Positions 1 to 12,170 of a stretch of 64,000 nucleotides of DNA are shown here, one piece after another. Each line of letters starts with the position of its first letter. Within the stretch, counting starts at the first letter, position 1. Source of the DNA: Octopus sinensis (taxonomy: Eukaryota); assembly GCF_006345805.1 (NCBI RefSeq), contig NC_043002.1, forward strand, positions 113,894,001 to 113,958,000. The letters run 5' to 3'. The position numbers and the translations under genes are program-made. The notes below the pieces were generated by a model, which was not told the origin of the DNA, ran no database searches, and saw nothing but the letters and a program-made list of their open reading frames with translations.

Positions 1-46
1 CCTCATAGTATTATTATTATTATTATTATTATTATGATTATTATTA

Positions 47-497
47 AAGCAGAAAGCTGACAGAATTGTTAGCATGTTGGATAAAATGCTAAGTGGTATT
101 TCGCCCATCACTGTTCTGAGTTCAAATTCTGTTGAGGTCAACTTTGCCTTTCATCCTTTTGGAGTCAATATAATAAGTACCAGTTAAACACTGGGATTGA
201 TGTAATCAGCTCATCCCCTCCCACCAAAATTGCTGCCCTTGTGGCAAAATTTGAAATTATTATTATTATGATTATTATTATTAAGGCAGCAGGCTGGCAG
301 AATCGTTAGCACGCTGGATGAAATGCTTAGTGGTGTTTTGCCAGTCACTACAATCTGAGTTCAAATTCTGCCGAGGTTGACTTTGTCTTTCATCCTTTCA
401 GGGGTGATGAAATAAGTACCAGTTGAGCACTGGGGTCGATGTAATCAACTACCCCGCCTCCAAAATTTCAGGCCTTGTGCCTTTAATAGAAAGGATT
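47..497 (+). mobile_element. Two adjacent degenerate tRNA-derived SINE family B copies, each preceded by (TTA)n
   Basis: Each has a head ctggcagaatcgttagc, a B-box-like gagttcaaattc, and the body actttgcctttcatcctttc...aagtaccagtt...actggggtcgatgtaatc shared with the full copies at 13198 and 43732. Confidence 0.85.
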
Positions 498-513
498 ATT
501 ATTATTATTATAA

Positions 514-553
<40 letters not shown>

Positions 554-1213
554 TTCACATAGCTCTTGATTTTAATTGCTCCAATTAATTCTGTGAGAGC
601 GTGGAGAGCAACCTGTTGAGAAAAGACTTACAGGGTCTCTTTCCATGATACTTAACACCCAACTACATTACTACTACTACTACTAGTAATTATCGTTATT
701 ATTGAGGTCCTTGGCAAGAGTGGCAGATTGCAAAATTTTAAAGCATCAAACAATAAACCTATTCACATACCTAATTGATACCAAGCTTGCTATATATATT
801 AGTGGGGTACCACTTTATAATTTTATAATTTGATGTTTTTTACAAATTTCAACATCAGCCTACTGATGAGGCAATTATTGTTTTAACGGACACCCTGATT
901 AGTACTAACCTTTCAAGTGTGAAGTAAGATAAGAGTGGAGCCTGTTGTTAGTCAAACACACTATACTAAGGTCACAAGATTACCAAGTGAAATTACATGA
1001 CACATGCTGGACAGGGACACACATACACATGTATATGCAAGCACATTTAGAATAGAGATTATGTAAGTACAAGTCAGTAGGGTAGGAGATAACTAGCTGA
1101 GAGGTTGACAATTCATATCAGAGCCAAGTGTCTTTATTCTCAGTTTATCCAGCTGTAGATAAGTACAATAGAATGAAGGAAGTCAGCCCCTGTAAGCAGT
1201 AGTGGCTTAGTAA

Positions 1214-1938
1214 AATCCTTTCTACTATAGGCACAAGGCCTGAAATTTGGGTGAGGGGGATAGTCAATTATATCGACCCCAGTGCGTAACTGGTACTTAA
1301 TTTATCGACCCCGAAAGGATGAAAGGCAAAGTTGACCATGGCGGAATTTGAACTCAGAACATAGCAGCAGACGAAATACCTACTTCTTTACTACCCACAA
1401 GGGGCTAATCACAGAGGGGACAAATAAGGACAAACGGATTAAGTCAATTACATCGACCCCAGTGCGTAACTGGTACTTAAGTTATCGACCCCGAAAGGAT
1501 GAAAGGCAAAGTTGACCTTGGCGGAATTTGAACTCAGAACATAGCAGCAGACGAAATACCTACTTCTTTACTACCCACAAGGGGCTAAACAGAGAGGGGA
1601 CAAATAAGGACAGACAAGCGGATTAAGTCAATTACATCGAGCCAGTGCGTAACTGGTACTTAATTTATTGACCCCGAAAGGATGAAAGGCAAAGTTGACC
1701 TTGGCGGAATTTGAACTCAGAACATAGCAGCAGACAAAATACCTACTTCTTTACTACCCACAAGGGGCTAAACAGAGAGGGGACAAATAAGGACAGACAA
1801 ACGGATTAAGTCAATTACATCGACCCCAGTGTGAAACTGGTACTTATTATTTAATCAGCCCCAAAAGGATGAAAGGCGAAGTTGAACTCGGGCGAAATAC
1901 CGCTAAGCATTTCGCCCGACGTGCTAACGACTCTGCCA
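1214..1938 (-). repeat. Head-to-tail tandem array of SINE family B (three 180-184 bp units plus a terminal unit)
   Basis: gtcaatta(c/t)atcga recurs at 1263, 1443, 1627 and 1810. Every unit junction reads gaaatacc|tacttctttactacccac. Confidence 0.9.
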
Positions 1939-2419
1939 GATTAACTTGTAAGGCTTATTATAGCACTTCAGTTGTTTCTGCAGAAACACGAGTTACTGTC
2001 CTAACCTGAGAAATAGTTTGTTTCTTGTTTGGTTGCATGAATGTGTACCAAATGGCGAGAGGGGGGGGGCAACTCTTTTCTCAAGGGTAATTTTTATACT
2101 TATTATCAGTTTAAATAAGTAGAAAGACAATAACAATTGTTGATTTCTTGCCCAATAAAATTTACAATCTCTTTATTGCAAAGTACAGTAAAATATTTGC
2201 TTCCTTTTGCAACAAGTGTGAGCATAAATTCATTTGAAATTCCTGCGTTGTTGTTGTCAGACATGTATAAATGATGTAAAATCAGTGCCCTTTTTCCATC
2301 TAGTGCCAGTTAAAGCATCGTGTTGTTCTATGCTAACTGGATCATAATCAAAATCATCATCATCATCATCTGCCTCATCTAATAATGAAAGGAAATCAGA
2401 AAAAGAAACTTCTTCATTA

Positions 2420-2840
2420 TCACCTGTAGTGACGCCATCTTGGAATTCTCCAGCACGCATGCGCAGGGTCAGAATCTTCTGGAAGGCCTGCCGGAAGTAC
2501 CCTCATGCGCAGAAAACTAGCTGCAGCGAAATTCTCTTGTATCTTTCTCTCTTTGAATGCGAGCAGCTGAACAATACAGACGTGTCTCCAGCAGCTCTCT
2601 CGAGCTGCTACTTCGTGGCGCATCTCTGCTATGCTTGAACGGGCAGGATTGACTCACTCCACTTGACTACTGCCGATAAGCTCCTAGGATGCCGATTTGT
2701 CCAGAGGAAGGAAATGTTTATATTGCGAATCAAGGAATAAATATTTCTACTGCTGAAGTTAACGGAAAATCTTGACTCTTTCTTCAATTAATATTTAATG
2801 TAAAGAATGCGAGCAGCACCCCTCCAGGGGCGGGAATCTC
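2420..2840. promoter_or_regulatory. CpG-rich promoter-like island
   Basis: Locally high GC and CpG. Motifs: YY1-like CGCCATCTTG 2433-2442, NRF1-like CGCATGCGCA 2456-2465 and CATGCGCA 2504-2511, ETS CCGGAAGT 2491-2498, AP-1 TGACTCA 2650-2656, GC-box GGGGCGGG 2827-2834. Confidence 0.45.
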
Positions 2841-3012
2841 TCATCCTGTTACAAACCTGCGACTTGATTGATAAGGGTCACATATGCTGAGGTGCATTTG
2901 ATACAGTAGATGTTCAGGCATCAATTGATGTCTGCTGTTCTCTAATGAAACATCAACTGATGATGTTCTCCATTTAAGGCTTAATAACCAAAATTAGGTA
3001 GTAACCCATTAG

Positions 3013-3160
3013 CCTTTTAGCATCTAAAATCAGCCATATCTGGCCCAAATATTCTACTTGGTTTATGTTTGAACCAACCAGATCCAGCTTCACACACTTA
3101 CCCTACAATGTCATTCTAAAAATAAACAGTCAATTCACTGAAATCTCAAAACTATCAGAT
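3013..3160 (-). mobile_element. Partial piggyBac-type MITE family 2
   Basis: Reverse complement of the right half of the elements at 60819-61252 (cagccatatctggcccaaatattctac...ccctacaatgtcattctaaaaataaac). Confidence 0.75.
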
Positions 3161-3164
3161 ATTC

Positions 3165-3375
3165 TTTTATTCTTTTATTTGTTTCAGTCATTTGACTGCA
3201 GCCATGCTGGAGCACCACCTTTAGTTGAGCAAATCGACCCCAGGACTTATTCTTTGTAAGCCTACTACTTATTCTATCGGTCTCTTTTGCCGAACTGCTA
3301 AGTTATGGGGACGTAAACAAGCGATGTTGAGGGGGAAAAACACAGACACACAAACTTATACACACACATACATAT
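3165..3375 (-). mobile_element. SINE family A, 3' half
   Basis: ttgtttcagtcatttgactgcagccatgctggagcacc...gagcaaatcgaccccaggacttattc, shared with the full copies. Confidence 0.9.
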
Positions 3376-3391
3376 ATATATATATACTGGC

Positions 3392-3720
3392 AATTCCTAC
3401 AGGACAGCTTGCTGAGTGCCACAGACCAAGTCTGTGGATGGTGCAAACTCCCTTCCAGACCTAGAGTTACCTGGTGGTGGAATAGTACAGTAGATAAAGC
3501 CATTAGAGCAAGGAAACAGGCCTGGAAAGCCTGGAGGGATGGGGGTAGCAGGGAACCATACCAGGTAGCCAAAAGGGAGGCTGGGCGGCAGGTGTACATG
3601 AAGCAGAAAAGAAGAAGTTTGCCAATGTCCAGCGACGTGAGGACCAATGAATTGAGGTATTTTGGATTGCAAGACAGTGTGTGAGAGAAAATTGTGATGT
3701 CACAGGAGAGAAATGCTTCC
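3392..3720 (+). mobile_element. RTE-clade LINE fragment (linker between endonuclease and reverse transcriptase)
   Basis: ORF 3409-3684 reads ...RPRVTWWWNSTVDKAIRARKQAWKAWRDGGSREPYQVAKREAGRQVY, a WW..K..I..K..AW..W pattern typical of RTE ORFs. It continues after a frameshift as EAEKKKFANVQRREDQ. Confidence 0.8.
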
Positions 3721-4272
3721 AACCCCTTAGCCTCATAATCATTGCAATTCATCCTAATGATAATCTACAGGTAACTTCAGACATTGATAATGACTAATAA
3801 AATCTGAGTTGAATATACTAGCAACACTAGCATAGGATAAACAAGTTGGCATCGGTAAAGAGTAATTTATATAACTGGCTAACTCATTCTGTATCTATTT
3901 GAGGAACAAATAAACTTCAGTTATAAACACACACACACAGTTTGGCATTTTAATGGATACATCTGAATGGCATATATTTAGATTATGCATCTGCGTAATT
4001 TATCTTTGAAATATTTAAACTGAAGTAATCATAGTTTGAAATGAAAAAACCCATTGAAACTCACTCAAATATGGTGAAGTGATGGTACAAATACCTATTG
4101 TTCAGATTCAGTAGTAAACTGACATTTTCAGGAAAAACAACTTGGAGCAGTTACCTCACAACAGTTTAAACTATCACAATTTCTAAATTGATGAGATCGT
4201 TTGCACAGTACAATTAACAGCTTGAAATTTACTAATGACAACAAAGAAATTTTCAAGAAATTCATCATCATA

Positions 4273-4443
4273 GGCGCAGGAGTGGCTGTGTGGTAAGTAG
4301 CTTGCTCACCAACCACATGGTTCCAGGTTCAGTCCCACTGTGTGGCATCTTGGGCAAGTGTCTTCTGCTATAGCCCCGGGCCGACCAATGCCTTGTGAGT
4401 GGATTTGGTAGACGGAAACTGAAAGAAGCCTGTCGTATATATG

Positions 4444-4474
<31 letters not shown>

Positions 4475-4695
4475 ATGTGTGTTTGTGTGTCTGTGTTTGT
4501 CCCCCTAGCATTGCTTGACAGCCGATGCTGGTGTGTTTACGTCCCCGTCACTTAGCAGTTCTGCAAAAGAGACCGATAGAATAAGTACTGGGCTTACAAA
4601 GAATAAGTCCCAGGGTCGATTTGCTCAACTAAAGGCGGTGCTACAGCATGGCCGCAGTCAAATGACTGAAACAAGTAAAAGAGTAAAAGAGTAAA
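4273..4695 (+). mobile_element. Full-length tRNA-derived SINE family A
   Basis: A-box-like tggctgtgtggt, B-box-like ggttcagtccc, CORE-like cttgggcaagtgtcttct, central (TA)/(TG) microsatellite and a (gtaaaaga)n tail. Confidence 0.92.
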
Positions 4696-5030
4696 GATCA
4701 TCATTTAACGTCCATTTTCCATGCTGGTATGGATTGGATGGCTTGACAGAATATGGAAAGCTGCAGGGCTATGTTCAGCTCCAATGACAGCTTTGGCATG
4801 GTTTCCATGGCTGGCTGCCTTCATAACACCCGACACTTTACAATGTATAGAGAGGCTATCAAGTAGCTTGCAATACAGAAGGCAAGAACAGGGTAAAAAG
4901 AAAAAGCTCCCACTACTAGGAAACAGGGACTATTCAATGGGGAAGAGGTGGCTTTATGCCAAGGCTAAGTGTCAGAGGTGGAGGAACTAGCAAAGAAGTA
5001 TTTTAAAAGTTTTAGGAAACTTATGGGTAT

Positions 5031-5424
5031 ACTCTTTTACTTGTTTCAGTCATTTGACTGCAGTCATGCTGGAGCACCGCCTTTAGTCGAGCAAATCGAC
5101 CCCAGGACTTATTCTTTGTAAGCCCAGTACTTATTCTATCGGTCTCTTTTGCCGAACTGCTAAGTAACGGGGACGTAAACACACCAGCATCGGTTGTCAA
5201 GCAATGCTAGGGGAACAAACACAGACACACAAACACACACATATACATATATATACATATATACAACAGGCTTCTTTCAGTTTCCGTCTACCAAATCCAC
5301 TCACAAGGCATTGGTCGGCCCGGGACTATAGCAGAAAACACTTGCCCAAGATGCCACGCAGTGGGACTAAACCCGGAACCATGTGGTTGGTTAGCAAGCT
5401 ACTTACCACACAGCCACTCCTGCG
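5031..5424 (-). mobile_element. Full-length SINE family A, inverted relative to 4273-4695
   Basis: Reverse complement of the family A sequence along its whole length. Confidence 0.92.
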
Positions 5425-6068
5425 GTATGATGAAGTTATTTTAGTTCCAAACTGCAGAATTTTTGTCTCCCCACAACATAGAAACTTTTGAAAGCTTACT
5501 AAATGACTTTTACCAATGGAGATTAGAACTCATTAACTCAGCTAGTTTTTATTTTACCATTTAAATGAAAAAGTTTACCAATGGCAGAAAATTGACAGTA
5601 GAAGCACAACCAACTAAATGCCTTACCATGTCTAGTTTCATTTTTCTATGTCAATGTTCTAGATTAAAATTCTACTAGAGCAGACTTTACTTTCTATTCT
5701 TCCAGCATCACAAAATAAATGACCAACATTATACTGATATTAGCTGAGTTGACTAAGGCAGAATCTTTACAGTATTGAACAAAATGCTGGCAGTATATAG
5801 TTACAGCCCTTTAGATAGTGAGTTCAAATTCTGTTGAGGTCAACATTGATTTTCAACCTTGCAGGATCAATAAAATGAAGAGCCATGTGCTCCGGTTATA
5901 GGATAAAATAAAAAAGTTTGTGAAATGTTTTTAACAACTTCTTTCTTATTTGCAAACTTGTGTAGTGATACTGGGAATACAAAAGGGAATTTAGATATGA
6001 AACTGCTAATAATTATATATTACACTTGTCTGATTCTTAAAACACTTTCATATTTTCTAAGAAATAAT

Positions 6069-6304
6069 TATAATGTCTCTGGATGCAGACCTAGCTGTTG
6101 GGGGTGCTTGTCTCCCCTTCATAAACATAAGGACATAGGAAATGTATCAAAGCCAACAGGAAGCGTCGATGCTTCCTAGGGCTAAACAGCGGTGGTGTAA
6201 TTCCCTTTATGGGACTGTCATGTTAAGTTGACAGTATACAACCGCTTTATTGTTCCACCACCGCTCATATCTCTCTGAGATATTTAGAAATTTAATATTT
6301 CTAA
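6069..6304. other. Structured 236-bp insertion flanked by an 11-bp direct repeat (unidentified mobile or ncRNA-derived element)
   Basis: TAAGAAATAAT at 6058-6068 and 6305-6315. At least seven short stems inside (see findings). Confidence 0.5.
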
Positions 6305-6484
6305 TAAGAAATAATAGTTTAACACCAATCAGGGTAAAAGGTATTGATTTGTAGAAGGAGGGTTAATGTGGCTTGGCTTTGCAGAGTTTTCAGGGGAAGG
6401 GCAGAGAGGACAGAAGACATTGGTATGAGAAAGCAACAATAACAGAAATACAGACAAAACACTTTGATAATGAAGGTAGAGAAG

Positions 6485-7147
6485 ATCCTTTCAGGGTCGA
6501 TAAATTAAGTACCAGTTACACACTGGGGTCGATGTAAACGACTTAATCCCTTTGTCTGTCCGTGTTTGTCCCCTCTATGTTTAGCCCCTTGTGGGTAGTA
6601 AAAAAAAAAAAAATGGTAGAGTAAGTTAAAGGTAGAGAAGTGATGTTACTTAGCCCCAGGCCAGCTCTGATCACAAAACTGTATAAGCAAAAGGTTTCAG
6701 CCATGACCATCCCACCTAACCAGAACAACAGGATATGATTTGAGAGAATTTAACTGCTAATTTTAATAGGTAGTCTCCATAGTAGGGTTGTGAGAGTGAT
6801 GTTTTATGGTGAGGTGGCTAGGGGTGCATAGAGGAGGTATGAAAGAAGAGAGGGTAAGAGATTAAGGGGTAGGTGTAGGGATGAAGAAAATAATGAACAA
6901 TGTATACAAGAAGCAGGAGAGTAAGAGAAAAACTGAAGAGTAAGTTGGGAAAAGAAGGAGAGAAATGGTGTAAAGAATAAAAGAAGGAAAATAATTTTTT
7001 TTTTTTTTTGTTATTGTCCACAAGGGGCTGAACATAGAGGGGACAAACAAGGACAGACAAACAGATTAAGTCGATTACATCGACTCCAGTGCGTAACTGG
7101 TACTTAATTTATCAACCCCGAAAGGATGAAAGGCAAAGTCGACCTCG
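6485..7147. mobile_element. Two partial SINE family B 3' ends (6485-6612 plus strand; about 7005-7147 minus strand)
   Basis: gtcgataaattaagtaccagttacacactggggtcgat...gccccttgtgggtagta and its reverse complement. Confidence 0.85.
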
Positions 7148-7695
7148 GAATGAAAATAAGAGCATAAAGAAGATAGTGGGAGGAGGATTAAAAGAAAACT
7201 AGGTATAGAGCAGAAGAGGAAATGACTAGCAAAAAAAGGGATATGGGATATGGGAAATAAAAGCAAAGATGGAGAATTAAGGTGTCATAAAATTACAAAA
7301 TGCTTAAATCGGAAACTGAAATGATAGGAATCTACAGCAATGGACATATACAAGTTCTATCAGTAAGTAAATGGTTGATAAAGAGGCAATTTCTAGACTA
7401 TGCTATAAATTAGATGAAATTTGGTAAGAAGTTAGTCATGCAATATGTCTATGGAGAAACTTTAACTGTGAAAGAAAAGAAAGAGAAAAATATTTATAGA
7501 AAATATTTCCCTGAAGATTAAATCTTGTGCATAGAAACAACACTTTCATACTTTATTCAGCAAATTGCTGCAGTGTTTTATCAACTAATATAGATTTATT
7601 ATACAGTATTGAAATTGAGTACAATTAAACAAAGTTTTCAGAAAGGCAAAACCACAGCATGGTTTCAAACTTCTACAGAATTTATTTCAATCAAA

Positions 7696-7713
7696 ACACA
7701 CGCAAGCACGCAT

Positions 7714-7776
<63 letters not shown>

Positions 7777-7826
7777 CACACCACACACACACACACACAC
7801 ACGCATGCACACACACACACACACAC
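7696..7826. repeat. Compound (GCAC)n/(CA)n microsatellite
   Basis: Seen directly. It explains the THARTHART ORFs. Confidence 0.97.
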
Positions 7827-9173
7827 AAATATGTTGCTAATACTCTTGAGACAGGCAGAAACAACAAAATTTACATTTTCAACCTTTTGAAATATAAAGT
7901 CAAGTCAATGACAGAGACTTCTATGTAGTTGCTTCATAAACAAAATGAAATGAACCATCTAATAATGCAAATAGGACAGCATATGAATAATTGATCTAGG
8001 CAGGGTCTTGAAATTAACACACAATATTTACTTCTTCTAACAGGTAAGAGTATCAGCTGGATTGGATAGTGGGTTATATCCACTTTTCCATGCTGGTGGG
8101 AGATAGGTCTTACAGCATCTTGTGAGTATCAGCAACAGAGCAAACCAGACAATTTTGTAGGTCTTACAGTGGATGCATTTTAACATGCCACATTAGTTGA
8201 TTGTGGGTAGACCAAAGAATTCTCTCGATCCCTTATCATTTATCGGTTCTTATTCAGAATTAGTGCTTGCAAAAAATGAGTAGCCTGCAATGTAGCTTCA
8301 AGAACCCGTATTTCTTTTGTTCATTCCAGTTTTTTGGCATGGTTTCTCCAGCTGGATACCTTTCCTATAACCAGCCATTGGATCTTTTCTAAAAGATGGA
8401 CAAAATAAACATGGGAGAAGCCTTTGAAGACAGAAAACAGAAGACTGATAAGGATGAATAACACGGCAGAAAATGAATTGAGCTCAAAACAGAGAATACG
8501 ATTGGTTAAAATTCGAATTAAACTACGTAAAAGTTACAAAATACATTTTTCTCAAAAAAACTAATTGAAGTTAATGTTTTCTTTTGACACATTCTACCAG
8601 TATACAAAGTTTCAAATTATTTAGTTAAGTAGGAAATTCTGTCCATCTTTTAGAAAAGATCCCCAGCCATTTTACAGCAAGGCTTGGGTGGGTTACCATG
8701 ACCCCAACATTAGCAAAGTTATCTGTGGTAAGACTAAATTGTCCCTTCTACCCTATATTAATTCTTATTTTGAGTTACTATTTTCCTAAATAAATAGTCT
8801 GCAATACAGCTAGCAGAACCTTTCAGATGTTCCATTTTCTAGGCATGGACTCTAATGACAAATATCAATTATATTATCAACCACTTAGAGGAAGGAAGGG
8901 GCACACTTTATCAAATCATTTATAAGAGAAACAGACAGTAATTAAAGAAGACCCCCACCACGACCAACACCACCAAAGCTTCAAATATTTAAGGGAAAGG
9001 ATCTGGAAACTTATGATATTTCGATTCTGTTTAAAATGTGAAAGTGATGATATAAGAGAAGCGAAATAGCGAGAACATAAAATATTAAACCCAATTAATT
9101 GATTCACTTTGATGTGTTAATAACAACAAAGAAAGATAAACCACTACCACAAGATTAATATATTCAGAGATTT

Positions 9174-9277
9174 GTAGCAGCAGTAGCAGCAGTAGTAGTA
9201 GTAGTAGTAGTAGTAATAGTAGTAGTAGTATAGTAGTAGTAGTAGTAGTAGTAGTAGTAGCAACAGCAGCAGCAGAG
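9174..9277. repeat. (TAG)n/(CAG)n trinucleotide microsatellite
   Basis: Seen directly. Confidence 0.95.
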
Positions 9278-9951
9278 AGAATAGCAGTAATTTTGCATCA
9301 CTTCTTCCCTATGGATGATATATAGATGGTAGAAGCAATGAAAGCGATAACTTAACATGTCCCCAATCCAGGCTTTCTCAAGAATTAGGGATGTAGCTTT
9401 CACCACTATAGGTACCATAATTTTAACAGAAACAATTTATACAGGAAACCATCTTCTAGGTTACACACACACACACACATACAGTCAAATTGTGGTCAAA
9501 TATACAACAAATATTTGTGATTGTGTCTCTGTTTATACATACACATGTATTTATCATGCTTGTCATCTATAACCACAAGGGTATATTGAGTACTTTTTAT
9601 GTTTTTGTACCACAAAACAAATGTTAGGTGTGTGTGTATGTGTACACGTGTGTTTATAAAATAGATTTTTTTAAAAGAATCCATTTTTTTTAACAGTGAC
9701 AAACTTAAAAGCTGCTCATGTTATCGATATTGTAATCTTGTAGGAATTATACAGAAGTCAATCAATAACACATTACATGATCTAGCTTGAAAGTTAGTAA
9801 CTCTTCTTAAGACAGTTTTGAGCTAATGGAGAGTGATTTACATGTTAATGGTTGTATATACCACAAAATATATGTAAAATGGTCAACAGAGCATCATTAT
9901 CAATTCTATGAGATCAGTATTTAGAAAACCAGTCCTGAATCATCATTGTAA

Positions 9952-10172
9952 CCCTTTCGTTACTGTATTTATTTTGAGATGCTCTGTGTTTCTTCCAATT
10001 ATTTTAAATATAACAAAGAATTTAGTAAAATAATATCGTTATCATTGAGCTAGTGTTAAGAACATAAATTGTGACAAAGATTTGGTGGAAGATTTGAATT
10101 CAAAGCTTATGAAAACAAGACATTTGTACTAAAGAGCCAGAGCCGGTTTCAGCCGGGTTGGTAACGAAAGGG
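9952..10172 (+). mobile_element. piggyBac-type MITE family 1 (221 bp)
   Basis: TIRs CCCTTTCGTTAC / GTAACGAAAGGG. Right flank TTAA, left flank GTAA. Confidence 0.88.
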
Positions 10173-10499
10173 TTAAAGGATAAATTAATAAATAATGGAA
10201 ATATGTCATAAGAAAGAGAAAAAAATTACATTAAAAGAATAAACTTTTTAGTGGTTGCTCATCCTGAAAGAAAATGCAGCCAAATCTCCAATAAATGACA
10301 TGAAACCATATCAAAAAATTACACTGAAAAATGTGGTCCTAAATATCTAAAAAAAGATTAACTGGTCACAACTGGTACACCTTTAATCATTTATCTGCAT
10401 GATCAGAGGTTAAACAACAACAAAGGTTCACATCAATATATGACTGAAAAGAAACTGCCCTTGTAGCAGTAGTATATTTTATACTACTACTCTCTCTCT

Positions 10500-10907
10500 C
10501 TCTCTTTTACTTGTTTCAGTCATTTGACTGCGGCCATGCTGGAGCACCGCCTTTAGTCGAGCAAATCGACCCCAGGACTTATTCTTTGTAAGCCCAGTAC
10601 TTATTCTATTGGTCTCTTTTGCCGAACCGCTAAGTAACGGGGACGTAAACACACCAGCATTGGTTGTCAAGCAATACTAGGGGGACAAACACAGACACAC
10701 AAACATACACACACACACATATATTTATATACATACATATATACAACGAGCTTCTTTCAGTTTCCGTCTACCAAATCCACTCACAAGGCTTTGGTTGGCC
10801 CGAGGCTATAGTAGAAGACACTTGCCCAAGATGCCACACAGTGGGACTGAACCCGGAACCATGTGGTTGGTAAGCAAGCTACTTACCACACAGCCACTCC
10901 TGCACCT
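10500..10907 (-). mobile_element. Full-length SINE family A
   Basis: Full-length match to the other family A copies. Confidence 0.92.
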
Positions 10908-11934
10908 ATGTGTCCAGGTGACAGATGTCACTGGGAAGTTGAACAAAATTAACATATTGGTAGTATTTGAATCACTTATATTATTGAAATTAGAAATATG
11001 ACTTCTTGTTATTGCTAAAGTCGTCTTTTAAAATGATGTCACAATTCACTATAATATTACCCACATGACCAACAAAAACTGACCAATCAAGACTTTGCTA
11101 AGAACTAACTCCAGCAACAATCTCATCTTTTTGTGCCTTTCTCTCTGAACCTAAACATCAGTATATATTCAACACATCTTAGCTACTCGACAGAGAGCAT
11201 TGAGGAACAGTTTGAGACAAGACAGCAGATGGAAAGTGAACAAACGTGAACAGCTGCTAAATAATGACATGACAGCAACACAGGCACCAACACTAACCAC
11301 ACCTTGACTGCTGTTACAATCACACCAAGAACAAAAACATTTACACTCTGTCAATATTTCGTTGTTCATAAATAAACACCAGCATTTACCTTTTGTGTGT
11401 GAAAAGGATAAAAATTTTGCATATCAAAAATCCAAACAGATTTCCATGTTCTTCTTCATAACATAACCATAGCTTATCATCATTATTTTCTATCCATGGG
11501 TTGGACAGGTCTTTTACCAGCACAGCAGCTTGCCATTTGCAGTCTCCTTTATGAGATTCAGCACTCTGAGATTAACTTTAAATTCTTGCCAAATCATTCA
11601 CTTCTGTAGGTTGTAATTATAAATTAAAAGATACTTTTATAACTTAAATAGTCTAACATGAGCTAGCAATGGAATGTCTACATAGGTGCAGGCATGGTTG
11701 TGTAATTAAGAAGCTTTTTTTGAAACCACATGGTTTCAGGTTCAGTTCTGATGTGCAACACCTGGGCAAGTGTCTTTTACAACAGTCCCAGGCTGACCAA
11801 TGCCTTGTGAGTGAATGTGATAAATGGAAATTGTGTTGGAAGGTGTGTGTGTCTCTCTCTCTCTTTGTGCCTGCTTGACAACTGGTGCTGGTCTGTTTAC
11901 ATCCTTGTAACTTTTAATATGGAGCTGTCTTAGT

Positions 11935-12170
11935 CCACTGACTCTTTGTGGTCAAACCTCCAAGTCTAAAGAATGGGATCAGATTGCATGGATTGACTCT
12001 CACTTTCAAACTTCTATGCACAGGCAGCAAGAAAAGCCCTGCAGTGATGGAGAAGAGATGAGAACAACAGGTACTGGATGATGCTAGCAGTCACAGCTTC
12101 AACTCTGCATGTTGGTGTGCTGCCCTTCCTCGTGATCTTCAGACACAAAGAACTGCCATCATTTACAGCT
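11935..12170. mobile_element. Possible degenerate RTE/BovB-like remnant
   Basis: Minus-strand gaccacaaagagtcagtggactaag resembles the BovB-type 3' end. The similarity is weak. Confidence 0.3.

Noticed and set aside
855-895. CTGATGAGGC hammerhead-like start
   Set aside because: No GAAA half or pairing stems downstream.
4273-4350. tRNA genes at SINE heads (also at 26101 and 29250)
   Set aside because: Only A/B boxes are retained, no full cloverleaf forms, and they run into SINE bodies.
5204-5491. Recurrent ORFs such as MLGEQTQTH..., MTTDAGVF... and MPVARKK...
   Set aside because: They are translations of SINE and RTE 3'UTR sequence, not genes.
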